A stretch of DNA of 64,000 nt from an uncultured bacterium (GCA_963798465.1 CAWCTC010000001.1:390970-454969), one strand, 5' to 3'. Numbered from the stretch's first letter, positions 29,449 to 39,561 are shown. Notes: generated by a model from the letters alone, not told the origin. Numbers and translations are program-made.

Positions 29449-30987
29449 TTATTCCTTGAGCATTTTGATTTTTGCTCCCAAAGAATTGAGCCTTTTTGCG
29501 ATATCTTCATAGCCGCGATTGATGCTGTAGACATTTCTCAAGATTGATTTTCCTTCGGCACCAAGCATTCCGATAAGAATAATCGCTGCAGGACGAAGAG
29601 CAGGCGGACAGATGACCTCAGCTGGCTTTAATTTTGTTTTTCCGTTCACATAAAATCTATGCGGATCGGCGAGTATCGTATCGCACCCGAGTTTGTCGAG
29701 CTCTTTGTAATGTATCGCGCGGTTTTCATAAACCCAGTCGTGAATCAATGTTTGCCCTTCAGCTTGAGTAGCAATGACGGCAAAAAAGGGAAGATTGTCG
29801 ATATTCAATCCTGGATAAGGTCGCGATTCTATTTTGTCCTCTAATGCTGTGAGCGATGAAGGAAAAGTTTTTATGTCAGCGAGATTTGTCATACCATTCA
29901 AAGCTTTGTAATTTTTCAAAATTTTATATTTGAACCCCATTTTTTTCAGTTTGAGCAATTCTATTTCTAGAAAATCAATCGGACATCTTTCAATCGTGAT
30001 GCCAGATTTTGTTACAGCTGCAGCGGCGATGAAAAACATTGTGTCGATTGGATCCTCGGCCAAATAATAAGTTATATTTTTATTTATTTCTTTTATTCCG
30101 TGAACTGTCATTGTTGTTGTTCCGATTCCGTCTATTTTTACTCCAAGCGATTCAAGGAAGAAACACAAATCCTGAACTTGATAGTTTGCAGAAGCAAATT
30201 TTATAATTGTTTTTCCGGGAATAAGCGCGGCAGCCATGATTGCATTTTCTGTGACAGTGTCTCCGGATTCATAAAGCGCAAATTCTGCCGGCTTTAATCC
30301 GTCGTGCGATACTTCATAGCTCTTAGCTTTTGTTTTTATGTCGATGCCGAAGTTTTCAAGCGCGAAAAAGTGTGGAGTGACGGTGCGATTTCCCAGCTTG
30401 CAGCCGCCGGAATGCGGAAGAGAAAAATTTTTGAACAAATGGACCAGTGGCCCGATAAGCATTATGATACTTCTCGTTTTTTCCGCGGATTCCTTGTTTA
30501 TATTTTTAAGATTTATTTTTTTTGCTTCGATTTCCAAATCATTTCCATTCCATTTTATGGAAACGCCGATACTGTCGAGAACTTCAATCATTCTATAAAC
30601 TTCTTCTATCTTTGGAACATTTTTTAAAATCGTTTTTCCTCTGTTCATGAGCGACGCCGGAATAATTCCCATTGCTCCGTTTTTTGAGGTTTTTGTAACC
30701 ACGGTTCCCGCGAGCTTGTTTCCGCCTTCAATTTCAAAATTGATCGCGCCTCTTGAAACGCTCACAATCTCATTTCCTAAAACTTCGCTGATTTTTGAAA
30801 TCATTTCCGTCGTGAGATTCTGGTCGCCGGATTCTATGCGGGCTATCACGCTTTGGGTAGTGCCGAGCTTTTCCGCAAAGCCGGTTTGCGTCATTCCTTT
30901 TCTTTCTCTGAGTTCGACTATCAAATTTCCTATCTGTGAAAGTTTACCTGTCCTGTGTGAATTTTCACTTTGTTTTGAGTTTTCCAT
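29449..30987 (-). CDS. murA: UDP-N-acetylglucosamine 1-carboxyvinyltransferase with an N-terminal XRE-type helix-turn-helix domain (about 70 aa) fused
   Basis: N-terminal HTH_XRE (MTQTGFAEKLGTTQSVIARIESGDQNLTTEMISKISEVLG) followed by the EPT-family body through RNVYSINRGYEDIAKRLNSLGAKIKM. Confidence 0.8.
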   Translation of the reverse strand: MENSKQSENSHRTGKLSQIGNLIVELRERKGMTQTGFAEKLGTTQSVIARIESGDQNLTTEMISKISEVLGNEIVSVSRGAINFEIEGGNKLAGTVVTKTSKNGAMGIIPASLMNRGKTILKNVPKIEEVYRMIEVLDSIGVSIKWNGNDLEIEAKKINLKNINKESAEKTRSIIMLIGPLVHLFKNFSLPHSGGCKLGNRTVTPHFFALENFGIDIKTKAKSYEVSHDGLKPAEFALYESGDTVTENAIMAAALIPGKTIIKFASANYQVQDLCFFLESLGVKIDGIGTTTMTVHGIKEINKNITYYLAEDPIDTMFFIAAAAVTKSGITIERCPIDFLEIELLKLKKMGFKYKILKNYKALNGMTNLADIKTFPSSLTALEDKIESRPYPGLNIDNLPFFAVIATQAEGQTLIHDWVYENRAIHYKELDKLGCDTILADPHRFYVNGKTKLKPAEVICPPALRPAAIILIGMLGAEGKSILRNVYSINRGYEDIAKRLNSLGAKIKMLKE

Positions 30988-31151
30988 AATATTAATTATT
31001 AATTGTTTTTTTATTAAACCGCAGAATTTTTTTCTTTAAAAATTTTTTACGGGATTTTGTGACATGGAAAAATTATAGCATATGTGCGATAAAATTTACT
31101 AGCGAAAATTTGATATTTTTAATTTGCATTTGCCATAAAAACAGATAATAT

Positions 31152-32171
31152 ATGTGTATGTCATTTTTTGTCAGAAAATTGGGAATAGATTTGGGAACTG
31201 CGAACACTCTCGTATTCGTGCCTGGAAAAGGCGTGGTGCTTTTTGAGCCGTCAGTCGTCGCCATAGCTGAACAGGATAATAAAATCCTCGCAGTCGGAGT
31301 TGAAGCTAAGAATATGATAGGCAGAACGCCGGATAGCATCATTGCATACAGACCGATGAAAGACGGAGTTATTGCGGACTATCGCGTCACGGAAGCAATG
31401 CTCAGATATTTTATCGATAAAGCTTTGGGCAAATGGAATATTTTCAAACCGGAAGTTATGGTTTCTGTTCCTGCTGGAATTTCATCTACAGAAAGAAGAG
31501 CTGTTGTCGAGGCTGCGATAAGAGCTGGAGCAAAGAGTGCTTATGTGGTGAAAGAACCGATTCTTGCTGCCATCGGCGCAGGTATTCCGATTTACGAGCC
31601 GATGGGCCACATGATTGTTGATATCGGCGGAGGAACGACAGATGTCGCAGTAATTTCACTCGGAGGAATTGTCGCTTCAAATTCTGTAAAATGCGCTGGA
31701 AATAAAATAGATGCTGCAATAGCAGACTACATAAAGAAAACTTTCAATCTTGCAATCGGAGACAAGACAGCCGAACAAATTAAAATTACGATTGGAAGCG
31801 CGGTGCCGATGGAAGAAGAGCTTTCTGTAATAATAAAAGGAAGAGATTTTCTGACAGGACTTCCTCGTTCGACAGAAATAAAAACAAATGAAATCGTAAA
31901 AGCAATTTCAAAAGAATTAAAAGATATGATAAAAGCAATCAAGGATGTTTTGCAGGATACTCCGCCGGAACTTTCCGCAGATATTATTGATAATGGAATA
32001 ATCATGACCGGAGGTTCTTCACAGTTGAGAAATCTTACGGAACTTGTTTTCAGAAGAACTGGAGTAAAAGCCGTCGTAGCAAAAGATCCGCTTTACTGTG
32101 TTGCAAAAGGAACGGGAACCGCACTTGAACATTTGGATGTTTATAAGAAGTCTATAATTGCGAAGAGATAA
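31152..32171 (+). CDS. mreB: MreB-family actin homolog (standalone paralog)
   Basis: GIDLGTANTLV, DIGGGTTDVAVIS, GIIMTGGSSQL motifs. Confidence 0.85.
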   Translation: MCMSFFVRKLGIDLGTANTLVFVPGKGVVLFEPSVVAIAEQDNKILAVGVEAKNMIGRTPDSIIAYRPMKDGVIADYRVTEAMLRYFIDKALGKWNIFKPEVMVSVPAGISSTERRAVVEAAIRAGAKSAYVVKEPILAAIGAGIPIYEPMGHMIVDIGGGTTDVAVISLGGIVASNSVKCAGNKIDAAIADYIKKTFNLAIGDKTAEQIKITIGSAVPMEEELSVIIKGRDFLTGLPRSTEIKTNEIVKAISKELKDMIKAIKDVLQDTPPELSADIIDNGIIMTGGSSQLRNLTELVFRRTGVKAVVAKDPLYCVAKGTGTALEHLDVYKKSIIAKR

Positions 32172-32179
32172 AAATAGGA

Positions 32180-32226
32180 AAAATAGGCGGGTTTTAGGCT
32201 TTGCCTAAAACCCGCCTATTTTCTTT
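32180..32226 (+). terminator. Rho-independent terminator TAGGCGGGTTTTAGG-cttt-GCCTAAAACCCGCCTA + T-run
   Basis: 16-bp stem; same family as the 1808-1842 hairpin. Confidence 0.8.
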
Positions 32227-32287
32227 ACAAAATTGTTATTTTATGTTAATTTAAATTTAGATTTCAAAAAACTAGGAGGTAATAAAT

Positions 32288-32473
32288 ATGAAAAGAATTA
32301 TCATTTACGGAATACTTTTCATTGTTTTGTCTTTATCTATATCATTAATGCTATGCAGTTTGTTTGATGCGTACTGCAGTTTCTGGTATATTTTTGGAAC
32401 ATGCATGTTCTTTTCAATCAGTGATATTATTATAGAGATAAAAAATTTAAAGAATAAGGAGGTGAAAGAATGA
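32288..32473 (+). CDS. Small hydrophobic 2-TM protein with a strong SD (AGGAGGT, 7-nt spacer)
   Basis: 61-aa ORF; stop overlaps the next start (ATGA). Confidence 0.5.
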   Translation: MKRIIIYGILFIVLSLSISLMLCSLFDAYCSFWYIFGTCMFFSISDIIIEIKNLKNKEVKE

Positions 32474-32685
32474 AATTTTTTTACACCATCGCAGCAATAG
32501 TTTTAGTCGTTGTTTCGTTCGTGTTATCGCTCGTGCTATCATTCGTTGTGATGTATTTCCTCAAAAATATGAACATATTCTGGTTCATATTTTCTGTTCT
32601 TTGTCTCTTATCGATATGTTACATAATTTATCTAAAAAGAGACATTGATAAATTCATGGCAAATCATTTAGGTCCAAAAGGGTAA
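32470..32685 (+). CDS. Small hydrophobic 2-TM protein with a strong SD (AAGGAGGTG), translationally coupled to the upstream ORF
   Basis: 71-aa ORF, ATGA overlap, followed by a strong terminator. Confidence 0.5.
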   Translation: MKFFYTIAAIVLVVVSFVLSLVLSFVVMYFLKNMNIFWFIFSVLCLLSICYIIYLKRDIDKFMANHLGPKG

Positions 32686-32694
32686 TGGTTTGCG

Positions 32695-32746
32695 AGCGCC
32701 GCAATTAAAAGTTATTTTTTATAACTTTTAATTGCGGCGTTTTTTG
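32695..32746 (+). terminator. Long rho-independent terminator (GCGCCGCAATTAAAAGTTAT-ttttt-ATAACTTTTAATTGCGGCG + TTTTTTG)
   Basis: About 20-bp perfect stem. Confidence 0.85.
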
Positions 32747-32828
32747 TTATTATAGTTATTGCAAATGAATTTAAATATATCAACAAACCCCGCAAAAAAT
32801 TTTTAAATAATTAACCATTTTTACGATT

Positions 32829-33569
32829 TTGCATATAATTAATAAACATATACTTATGATTAATAATAAATTAAGTGAAAATTTGCGCGGGACAAGAAAC
32901 AGTCTCTTACATCATGCCTATTGTATTTTGGGCAATTCTGCGGATGTAAAAAATGAGCTCGAAAAATTCTTTTTGAAAGAGCTGAAATTTTCAACTGAAA
33001 ATAATCCGGATTTTTGGCACGGAGAATTTGATGTGATGAAGATCGACGACAGCCATGATATTGTGGCTTTGCATCAAAATAAGCCGGTTGCCGGAGACAA
33101 GAAAATTTTTGTTGTCAGCGCAAATTTCATCACGGAGCAAGCGCAGAATGCGATGCTGAAACTTTTCGAGGAACCGAGAGGCGACACACATTTTTTTTTA
33201 GTCCTGCCGTCTCTCAGCAATATTATTCCAACTTTTCGTTCCAGACTTTTTATCATTGACGCGAGTGAAACTGCCGGCTCAATCATAAATCCTGAAAAAT
33301 TTTTGAAAATGCAATATGGCGACAGGATGGAATCTGTCAAAAAAATCTGCGGAAGCATTTCTGATGAAGAAAAAAGCAAGATTGAAATAATAAAATTCAT
33401 AAACGCTTTAGAAATTGAACTGAAAAAACACATCGATTTTTTGAAAGCGAAAAAAACTGAGCTAGATTTATTTGAAGAAATAGAAAAGATAAGACAATAT
33501 GCCGGCGAGCAGTCGCCATCGTTGAAAATGCTTCTGGAGCATATGTCATTGCTTTTGCCTGTTATGTAA
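32829..33569 (+). CDS. holB: DNA polymerase III delta'-like clamp-loader subunit (HolB-like; P-loop degenerate)
   Basis: NAMLKLFEEPRGDTHFFLV (sensor/box VII-like) and TFRSRLFII (SRC-like) motifs; no canonical GKT Walker A. Confidence 0.55.
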   Translation: MHIINKHILMINNKLSENLRGTRNSLLHHAYCILGNSADVKNELEKFFLKELKFSTENNPDFWHGEFDVMKIDDSHDIVALHQNKPVAGDKKIFVVSANFITEQAQNAMLKLFEEPRGDTHFFLVLPSLSNIIPTFRSRLFIIDASETAGSIINPEKFLKMQYGDRMESVKKICGSISDEEKSKIEIIKFINALEIELKKHIDFLKAKKTELDLFEEIEKIRQYAGEQSPSLKMLLEHMSLLLPVM

Positions 33570-33572
33570 AAG

Positions 33573-33641
33573 TGTCATTTCGAGCGAAGCGTGGCAATCT
33601 AGATTTAATTTTTGGATTGCTTCGTTGCACTCGCAATGACA
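33573..33641. repeat. Palindromic intergenic element, copy D
   Basis: TGTCATTTCGAGCGAAGCGTGGCAATC ... GATTGCTTCGTTGCACTCGCAATGACA; starts 3 nt after the holB stop. Confidence 0.8.
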
Positions 33642-33714
33642 AACTTTGAGAGCTGTATTAAATAAACATCATTTGTTATAATGAGCAGTATAAAATTTAT
33701 TAATTAATTAAATT

Positions 33715-33763
33715 TGCGTCGCGCTAAGATGACGGTTGCGCGACGTGATTTCGCAAAATCAAC
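33715..33763 (+). promoter_or_regulatory. Hairpin + TGATTTCGCAAAATCAAC element ending exactly at the frr ATG (candidate 5'-UTR/regulatory element)
   Basis: GCGTCGCGC-taagatgacggtt-GCGCGACG TGATTTCGCAAAATCAAC ATG; similar TAATTTCGCAAAACCAAT ATG precedes greA. Confidence 0.5.
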
Positions 33764-34315
33764 ATGGCTTACGATTTCAAGAAATTAAAAGAAAATATAA
33801 AAGGTGTGGAGGAATGGCTCAAGAAAGAATATTCCGGACTTCGAACCGGCGTTGCCAGTCCAAGTATTTTGGATGGAGTTGCCGTTGAAGTTTATGGTTC
33901 AAGAATGCCGATAAATCAGCTAGCAAATATAGGAATTGAAGATGCGAGAGTCATTAGAATTACTCCTTGGGACAAAACTCAATCAAAAGCTATTGAGAAA
34001 GCTATAACACTCGCAAATCTGAATGTTTCCGTGGGAATAGACGACAAAGGCGTCAGAATATTTTTTCCAGAATTAACAGGTGAAAGAAGAACTCTTCTTA
34101 TTAAAACTGCAAAAACAAAACTTGAAGATGCAAAAGTAAATATCAGAGGTTTCCGCGATGAAGTTTTGAAAGATATCGAGGACAAAAAGAAAAATGGCGA
34201 AATGCCGGAAGACGATATGTTTAGAAACAAAGCTGAAATGCAGAAAATTGTTGATGAAGGAAATATGGCTATGGAAAGTCTGCTTGATAAAAAAGAAAAA
34301 GAAATTAACTCTTAA
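33764..34315 (+). CDS. frr: Ribosome recycling factor
   Basis: 183 aa, canonical RRF sequence (..LRTGVASPSILDGV.VEVYGS..P..Q.A.I...D.R...I.PWDK...). Confidence 0.9.
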   Translation: MAYDFKKLKENIKGVEEWLKKEYSGLRTGVASPSILDGVAVEVYGSRMPINQLANIGIEDARVIRITPWDKTQSKAIEKAITLANLNVSVGIDDKGVRIFFPELTGERRTLLIKTAKTKLEDAKVNIRGFRDEVLKDIEDKKKNGEMPEDDMFRNKAEMQKIVDEGNMAMESLLDKKEKEINS

Positions 34316-34956
34316 TGATCTACAAAATCAAAGAATATAAAAATAAGCTTATTGAAAAGGCTTATAAAGAAGGAATGAAAGAATTCAATAAGTTTTTTGG
34401 TATTAATTGGATACACAATACGCCTAATATTTGCGTATTGGAAAATAGAAAACAAATAAATGCTTTATATAGAAATGATAAAACCGAAGCTTGGATTATT
34501 GGTTTTTCTAAAGAAAATATTTTTTATATTCTTGATAATAAGAAAATGGAAAGTGAAAGCAGCCATAAAAAACATTCAGATGAAAAATATACTGAACTTA
34601 TTAAGCATGAATTATGCCATTCATTTTTCAGTATAGTTTCAAAAAAATATTACAATCCAAAATGGCTCACTGAAGGTGTATCAATATATTTGTCCGGTCA
34701 ATTAAAAGATAAAAAGCCAGTTGAAAAATTTTCAAATTTTCTTGATTTTTATGAGCATGGCGGTGCCGGGGTTTATGCAGAAAGTGGAATGGTTATAAAA
34801 CTTTTGTTAGATAATTTTGGAAAACAAAAATTGCTAAAATTGATTTCTAAATCTGGAGAAGCAAAAAATAAAAAAGACTTTGCAAAATTGTTCAAAAAAA
34901 TATACGGCTTTGATTTGAATTATAAAAATTTTAATAGTTTACTTAAGAAAAAATAG
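34315..34956 (+). CDS. Hypothetical zincin-like metallopeptidase candidate (HELCH ... E 24 residues downstream)
   Basis: HExxH (HELCHSF) followed by WLTEGVSIYL; otherwise unrecognised. Confidence 0.4.
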   Translation: MIYKIKEYKNKLIEKAYKEGMKEFNKFFGINWIHNTPNICVLENRKQINALYRNDKTEAWIIGFSKENIFYILDNKKMESESSHKKHSDEKYTELIKHELCHSFFSIVSKKYYNPKWLTEGVSIYLSGQLKDKKPVEKFSNFLDFYEHGGAGVYAESGMVIKLLLDNFGKQKLLKLISKSGEAKNKKDFAKLFKKIYGFDLNYKNFNSLLKKK

Positions 34957-34958
34957 TC

Positions 34959-36053
34959 ATGATAGTTGTATTATTCATCGTCATTCTTGCTGCTTTGGTT
35001 TTTGTGCATGAGCTCGGGCATTTTGTCATGGCCAAGATTTTTGGTATAAGAGTGGATGAATTTGCCCTTGGTTTTCCGCCCAAAATAATAGGCTTTAAGA
35101 AAGGCGAGACAGAATACAATTTAAACCTTATACCGCTTGGTGGATATGTAAAAATTTTTGGCGAGGATGTCACCGATGAAACAACTTCCGGTCCGGACAG
35201 CAAAAGAAGTTTTATAAATGCGGCAAAATGGAAACAAATTGTCGTTCTTTTGGCCGGTATTCTTATGAATATAATTTTTGCCTGGATTTTGATTTCAATT
35301 TCTTTTAATTTTGGAATGCTTACCTCGATCGAAAATCAGTATGCAAGTAATGCAAAAAATGTTTCGGTAATGGTTTTGTCCGTGCTAAAAGGTTCCCCGA
35401 GCGATTTGGCCGGACTCAAAGAAGGCGATTCTATTTTGGAAATTGATTCTGGAAAAACAAAAATAGTTTCTCCAAGCACCACTGATATTCAAAATATTAT
35501 TTCTGAAAGCAACCAAAGTATAAATATTGAATATCAAAGAGCAAATGCGACTGGAACTGTAAATATTGTTGCTACAAATGGAATTGTCGCCGGCAAAAAA
35601 GCTATTGGTATTTCCATGGGACTTGTCGGAATTGTAAAATTCGGTTTCTTCCAATCTTTTGTCGAGGGTGCAAAACTTACTGCAATTGAAGTCTCAAGCA
35701 TTGCTCAAGGAATTTATGGTTTCATTGTCGGAGCTTTCAAAGGACAAAGTGGTTTGCTTTCCCAAATCACAGGTCCTGTCGGAATTGAAGGAATGGTTGG
35801 CCAAGCAAGCAGCATGGGAATTTCATATCTTTTAGGTTTTATCGCGCTGATTTCAATAAATCTTGCGATGCTGAATCTTGTTCCTTTTCCTGCGCTTGAT
35901 GGTGGAAGAATTTTATTTGTTTTGATTGAAACAGTTATCAGAAAAAGAATAAAGCCCGCGATTGCAAACTGGGCAAACACAATCGGTTTTGTTCTTCTCA
36001 TTGCACTGATGCTTTTTGTGACTTACAAAGATATTTTGAGATTGATTAAATAA
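34959..36053 (+). CDS. rseP: RseP/site-2 protease family M50 zinc metalloprotease with PDZ domain
   Basis: N-terminal HELGHF in TM1, PDZ region, LDGG motif in the C-terminal TM. Confidence 0.8.
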   Translation: MIVVLFIVILAALVFVHELGHFVMAKIFGIRVDEFALGFPPKIIGFKKGETEYNLNLIPLGGYVKIFGEDVTDETTSGPDSKRSFINAAKWKQIVVLLAGILMNIIFAWILISISFNFGMLTSIENQYASNAKNVSVMVLSVLKGSPSDLAGLKEGDSILEIDSGKTKIVSPSTTDIQNIISESNQSINIEYQRANATGTVNIVATNGIVAGKKAIGISMGLVGIVKFGFFQSFVEGAKLTAIEVSSIAQGIYGFIVGAFKGQSGLLSQITGPVGIEGMVGQASSMGISYLLGFIALISINLAMLNLVPFPALDGGRILFVLIETVIRKRIKPAIANWANTIGFVLLIALMLFVTYKDILRLIK

Positions 36054-36162
36054 AATATTTTTCGCTCTAAATTTTAATTTTGATTTTTAATATATCAGCA
36101 TGAAAATTTACAACTAGTCAAGAGTTTTGTTTTAGCGTAAAATAATGTAATATTTAGGCCAT

Positions 36163-37422
36163 ATGAGACAATCAAAGTTGCTTACAAAGACCCGCAAAGA
36201 AGGTCCTAAAGATGAAGTATCAAAAAATGCAAATCTCCTTATTCGCGCAGGATTTATAAATAAAGAAATGGCCGGAGTTTATGATTTTTTGCCGCTCGGA
36301 CTTCGCGTCATGCAAAAAATTGAAAATATAATCCGCGATGAGATGAACAAGCTCGGCGGTTTGGAAATGAAAACTTCAATCATTCAAAGCAAAGAAGTTT
36401 GGGAAAAATCAAACAGGTGGAGCGATGAATTGGTTGATAATTGGTTCAAAACAAAATTAAAAAATGGCACTGAAGTCGGCTTGTCTTTTACGAATGAAGA
36501 AGCTTATGCAAATATTTTAAAGCAATATATCAGCTCATATAAAGATTTGCCGGTCTATCCGTATGATTTTAAAAGTATTTTCAGGAATGAAGCGAGAAGC
36601 AAGTCCGGAATATTGAGAGGAAGAGAATTTTATTGGAAAGCGATGTATTCTTTTTCAAAAGATGAAAATGAGCATGATGAATTTTATGAGAAATCAAAAA
36701 TTGCTTATAAAAATATTTTTAACAGAGTCGGCATCGGACATCTGACTCATCTTACTTTCGCATCCGGCGGAACTTTTTCAAAATTTTCTCATGAATTTCA
36801 GGCCGTAACTCCAGCTGGCGAAGATACGATTTATTTTGATGAAAAAAAGAAAATTGCCGTAAACAGAGAAGTGTATAATGACGAAGTTTTAAAGAGTCTC
36901 GGTTTGGAAAAAAATAAATTGGTTGAACTCAAATCAATCGAAGTCGGAAATATATTTTCTCTCGGCACAAAATTTTCCGAACCGTTTGATTTGAAATATA
37001 AGAATGAAAAAAGCGAAGATAAATTTGTAGTTATGGGAAGTTATGGCATTGGTCTTGGAAGATTGATGGGAACTGTTGTGGAGATTCTTTCTGATGAAAA
37101 GGGAATGATTTGGCCTGTATCCATTGCACCTTTCAAAGTCCATCTTGTCGAGCTGGTTTCAGAAAATATCAAAGTCAAAGAGACTGCGGAAAAGCTTTAT
37201 AATGAGCTTGCAAAAGCCGGAATTGAGGTGTTATATGATGATAGAAATGCGCGCGCCGGAGAAAAGTTCAATGATTCCGATTTAATAGGAATTCCGTTAA
37301 GAATAGTTGTCAGCGAAAAAGGTTTGGAAAAAGGCGAGTTTGAAATCAAACAGAGAATGGATGGAAAAGTTTTGAGTCTTAAAGAAAATGAGATTATAAA
37401 TTTTGTTGAAAAATATAAATAA
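36163..37422 (+). CDS. proS: Prolyl-tRNA synthetase (short form, no editing insertion)
   Basis: MRQSKLLTKTRKEGPKD..LLIRAGFI N-terminus, class II motifs, C-terminal anticodon-binding domain. Confidence 0.85.
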   Translation: MRQSKLLTKTRKEGPKDEVSKNANLLIRAGFINKEMAGVYDFLPLGLRVMQKIENIIRDEMNKLGGLEMKTSIIQSKEVWEKSNRWSDELVDNWFKTKLKNGTEVGLSFTNEEAYANILKQYISSYKDLPVYPYDFKSIFRNEARSKSGILRGREFYWKAMYSFSKDENEHDEFYEKSKIAYKNIFNRVGIGHLTHLTFASGGTFSKFSHEFQAVTPAGEDTIYFDEKKKIAVNREVYNDEVLKSLGLEKNKLVELKSIEVGNIFSLGTKFSEPFDLKYKNEKSEDKFVVMGSYGIGLGRLMGTVVEILSDEKGMIWPVSIAPFKVHLVELVSENIKVKETAEKLYNELAKAGIEVLYDDRNARAGEKFNDSDLIGIPLRIVVSEKGLEKGEFEIKQRMDGKVLSLKENEIINFVEKYK

Positions 37423-37443
37423 TTATTGCCGTTAATTTAAAAC

Positions 37444-38505
37444 ATGCTTGATAATTTAAAGAAAAAATTAAATAAATACTTATATAACGATATAGGAATA
37501 GACCTAGGTACTGCAAATACTCTGGTTTATCTTTCTGGAAAAGGAATCGTTATCAACGAGCCGTCTGTTGTCGCGATGAATCAAAAAACAGGAAGAGTTG
37601 TTGCTGTCGGAACGCAAGCAAAAGAAATGCTCGGAAGAACTCCTCCGCATATTGTTGCAGTAAGACCGCTTGTTGACGGAGTCATTTCCGATTTTGAAGT
37701 TACCGAAGAAATGATTGCATACCTTATAAAAAAAGCTGAAGAATTTTCTCCAAAAATGTTCGGTCCGAGAGTTGTTGTAGGAGTACCAAGCGGAGTAACG
37801 AATGTTGAAATTCGCGCAGTTCGCGACGCTACGAGAAATGCCGGCGCTCGTGAAGTTCATATTGTAGAGGAGCCGATGGCTGGAGCAATTGGAATCCGAC
37901 TTCCTATAAATGAGCCTATCGGAAGCATGGTTATAGATATCGGCGGAGGAACTACGGATATTGCCATCATATCTTTGGGCGGAATTGTCAGATCCAAAAA
38001 TCTGCGAATCGCCGGCGATAAATTAAATAACGATATCATCAGCTATATAAGAAGCGAATTCAAGATTTTAATTGGTGAAAAGACTGCAGAAAACGTAAAA
38101 ATGTCTATAGGTGCGGTTGTTCCTGGAGAACATTTGGAAGCACCGATAAAAGGAAGGGATTTGATAACCGGTCTGCCAAGAGAAGTTATTTTGACTGATG
38201 CGGACATCAGAGAAGCCATGGCTGCTTCGATTGAAAGCTTGGTTGAAGCGACAAAAGAAGTTTTGGAAACTACTCCTCCTGAAATTCTTACAGACATCAT
38301 GCAAAGAGGGATTTATCTTTTTGGCGGCGGAGCTCTTATCAAAGGTCTTGATAGGCTTTTAAGCGATTATCTAAAGATACCGGTGAAATTTGTCGATGAT
38401 CCATTGACCGCAGTAGCGAGAGGAACCGGAGTCATACTTGAAAATATGGAGCTTTACAGCGAATCGTTAATTCAAAATGAAGATGAACTTCCACCTAAGA
38501 AATAA
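37444..38505 (+). CDS. mreB: Rod shape-determining protein MreB (in an mreBCD-pbp2 operon)
   Basis: GIDLGTANTLVY, IDIGGGTTDIAIIS, YLFGGGALIKGL. Confidence 0.9.
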   Translation: MLDNLKKKLNKYLYNDIGIDLGTANTLVYLSGKGIVINEPSVVAMNQKTGRVVAVGTQAKEMLGRTPPHIVAVRPLVDGVISDFEVTEEMIAYLIKKAEEFSPKMFGPRVVVGVPSGVTNVEIRAVRDATRNAGAREVHIVEEPMAGAIGIRLPINEPIGSMVIDIGGGTTDIAIISLGGIVRSKNLRIAGDKLNNDIISYIRSEFKILIGEKTAENVKMSIGAVVPGEHLEAPIKGRDLITGLPREVILTDADIREAMAASIESLVEATKEVLETTPPEILTDIMQRGIYLFGGGALIKGLDRLLSDYLKIPVKFVDDPLTAVARGTGVILENMELYSESLIQNEDELPPKK

Positions 38506-39286
38506 TTTTTCAGACAAGGAAAATACGGGAAGAAATATTTTCTTAGCGATTATTTTTTTGGCAATAATTGTATTTATTTTTTCTTTGTCATGGACAAGAA
38601 ATATTTTGTTCAGTGTAGGCTCTCCTCTTTGGTCTGTAAAAAATGAAGTTTCATATTTTTTTGAGGAAAATATCAGTTTGCTGAATTCAAAATCAAATTT
38701 GATTGCGGAAAATGATTCACTCGAGGTGCAGATAAAATCCGATGCAGAAAATCAGGCATTGTACGGCGTGCTTCAGGCTGAAAATAGCGATTTGCAAAAT
38801 ATTTTGAATAGAAAAAACAGTAATCAAAATCTTCTGCTTTCTTCCGTTTTAGTCAAACCATTTTTGTCTCCATACGACACTCTTTTAATAGATGTCGGTT
38901 CATCAACCGGCGTAATTGTCGGCGATAAAGTTTTGTATAATGGCGACACTTTTATAGGATATATTTCACAAGTCTATGAGAATACTTCAAAAGTCACATT
39001 GTATTCTTCACCTGGCGAAAAAGTCGATGTTTTGATCGGCAGCGATTCCATAGAAAAAGAAGCAACTGGCTTGGGCGGAGGAAATTTTAATGTCGAAATA
39101 CCGAAAGAAAGCGATATAAAAGAAGGCGATGCGATAACAATACCGTCTATTTCTACAAATGTTTTTGGCATTGTTGAAAAAATAGAATCAAAAGATTCTG
39201 ATTCATTTGAAACTATATTGTTCAAAAGTCCGGTTAATATTTCTGAATTAAAATTTGTTGAAATTGATTTGGATAATAAAAAATAA
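38477..39286 (+). CDS. mreC: Rod shape-determining protein MreC
   Basis: N-terminal TM, coiled-coil, C-terminal beta-rich domain; operon position after mreB. Confidence 0.7.
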   Translation: MKMNFHLRNNFSDKENTGRNIFLAIIFLAIIVFIFSLSWTRNILFSVGSPLWSVKNEVSYFFEENISLLNSKSNLIAENDSLEVQIKSDAENQALYGVLQAENSDLQNILNRKNSNQNLLLSSVLVKPFLSPYDTLLIDVGSSTGVIVGDKVLYNGDTFIGYISQVYENTSKVTLYSSPGEKVDVLIGSDSIEKEATGLGGGNFNVEIPKESDIKEGDAITIPSISTNVFGIVEKIESKDSDSFETILFKSPVNISELKFVEIDLDNKK

Positions 39287-39287
39287 T

Positions 39288-39551
39288 ATGGCTAGAATTT
39301 TAATAAATCTGCTGATTGTTCTTTCAGTATTTGTTTTTCCGCCATATGTATCGGCGCTCATAATTTTATTGGCAATATTTTTCATAAATAATTTTTTTGA
39401 GGCGATTGCCTGGGGAGCGCTTATAGACATATTATACGGAGGCGGAACAATTTTTGGTTTGCATTTTGCATATTTTTTTACAGCAATAATTTTTATTTTT
39501 TATCTGTTTTCCTTTAAATTTAAAAAAATGCTAAGATTGTCTTTCCGATAG
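39288..39551 (+). CDS. mreD: MreD-like small polytopic membrane protein (ORF-track start at 39255; ATG at 39288 preferred)
   Basis: Position between mreC and pbp2; all-hydrophobic 87 aa. Confidence 0.4.
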   Translation: MARILINLLIVLSVFVFPPYVSALIILLAIFFINNFFEAIAWGALIDILYGGGTIFGLHFAYFFTAIIFIFYLFSFKFKKMLRLSFR

Positions 39552-39561
39552 AAATTTTATC

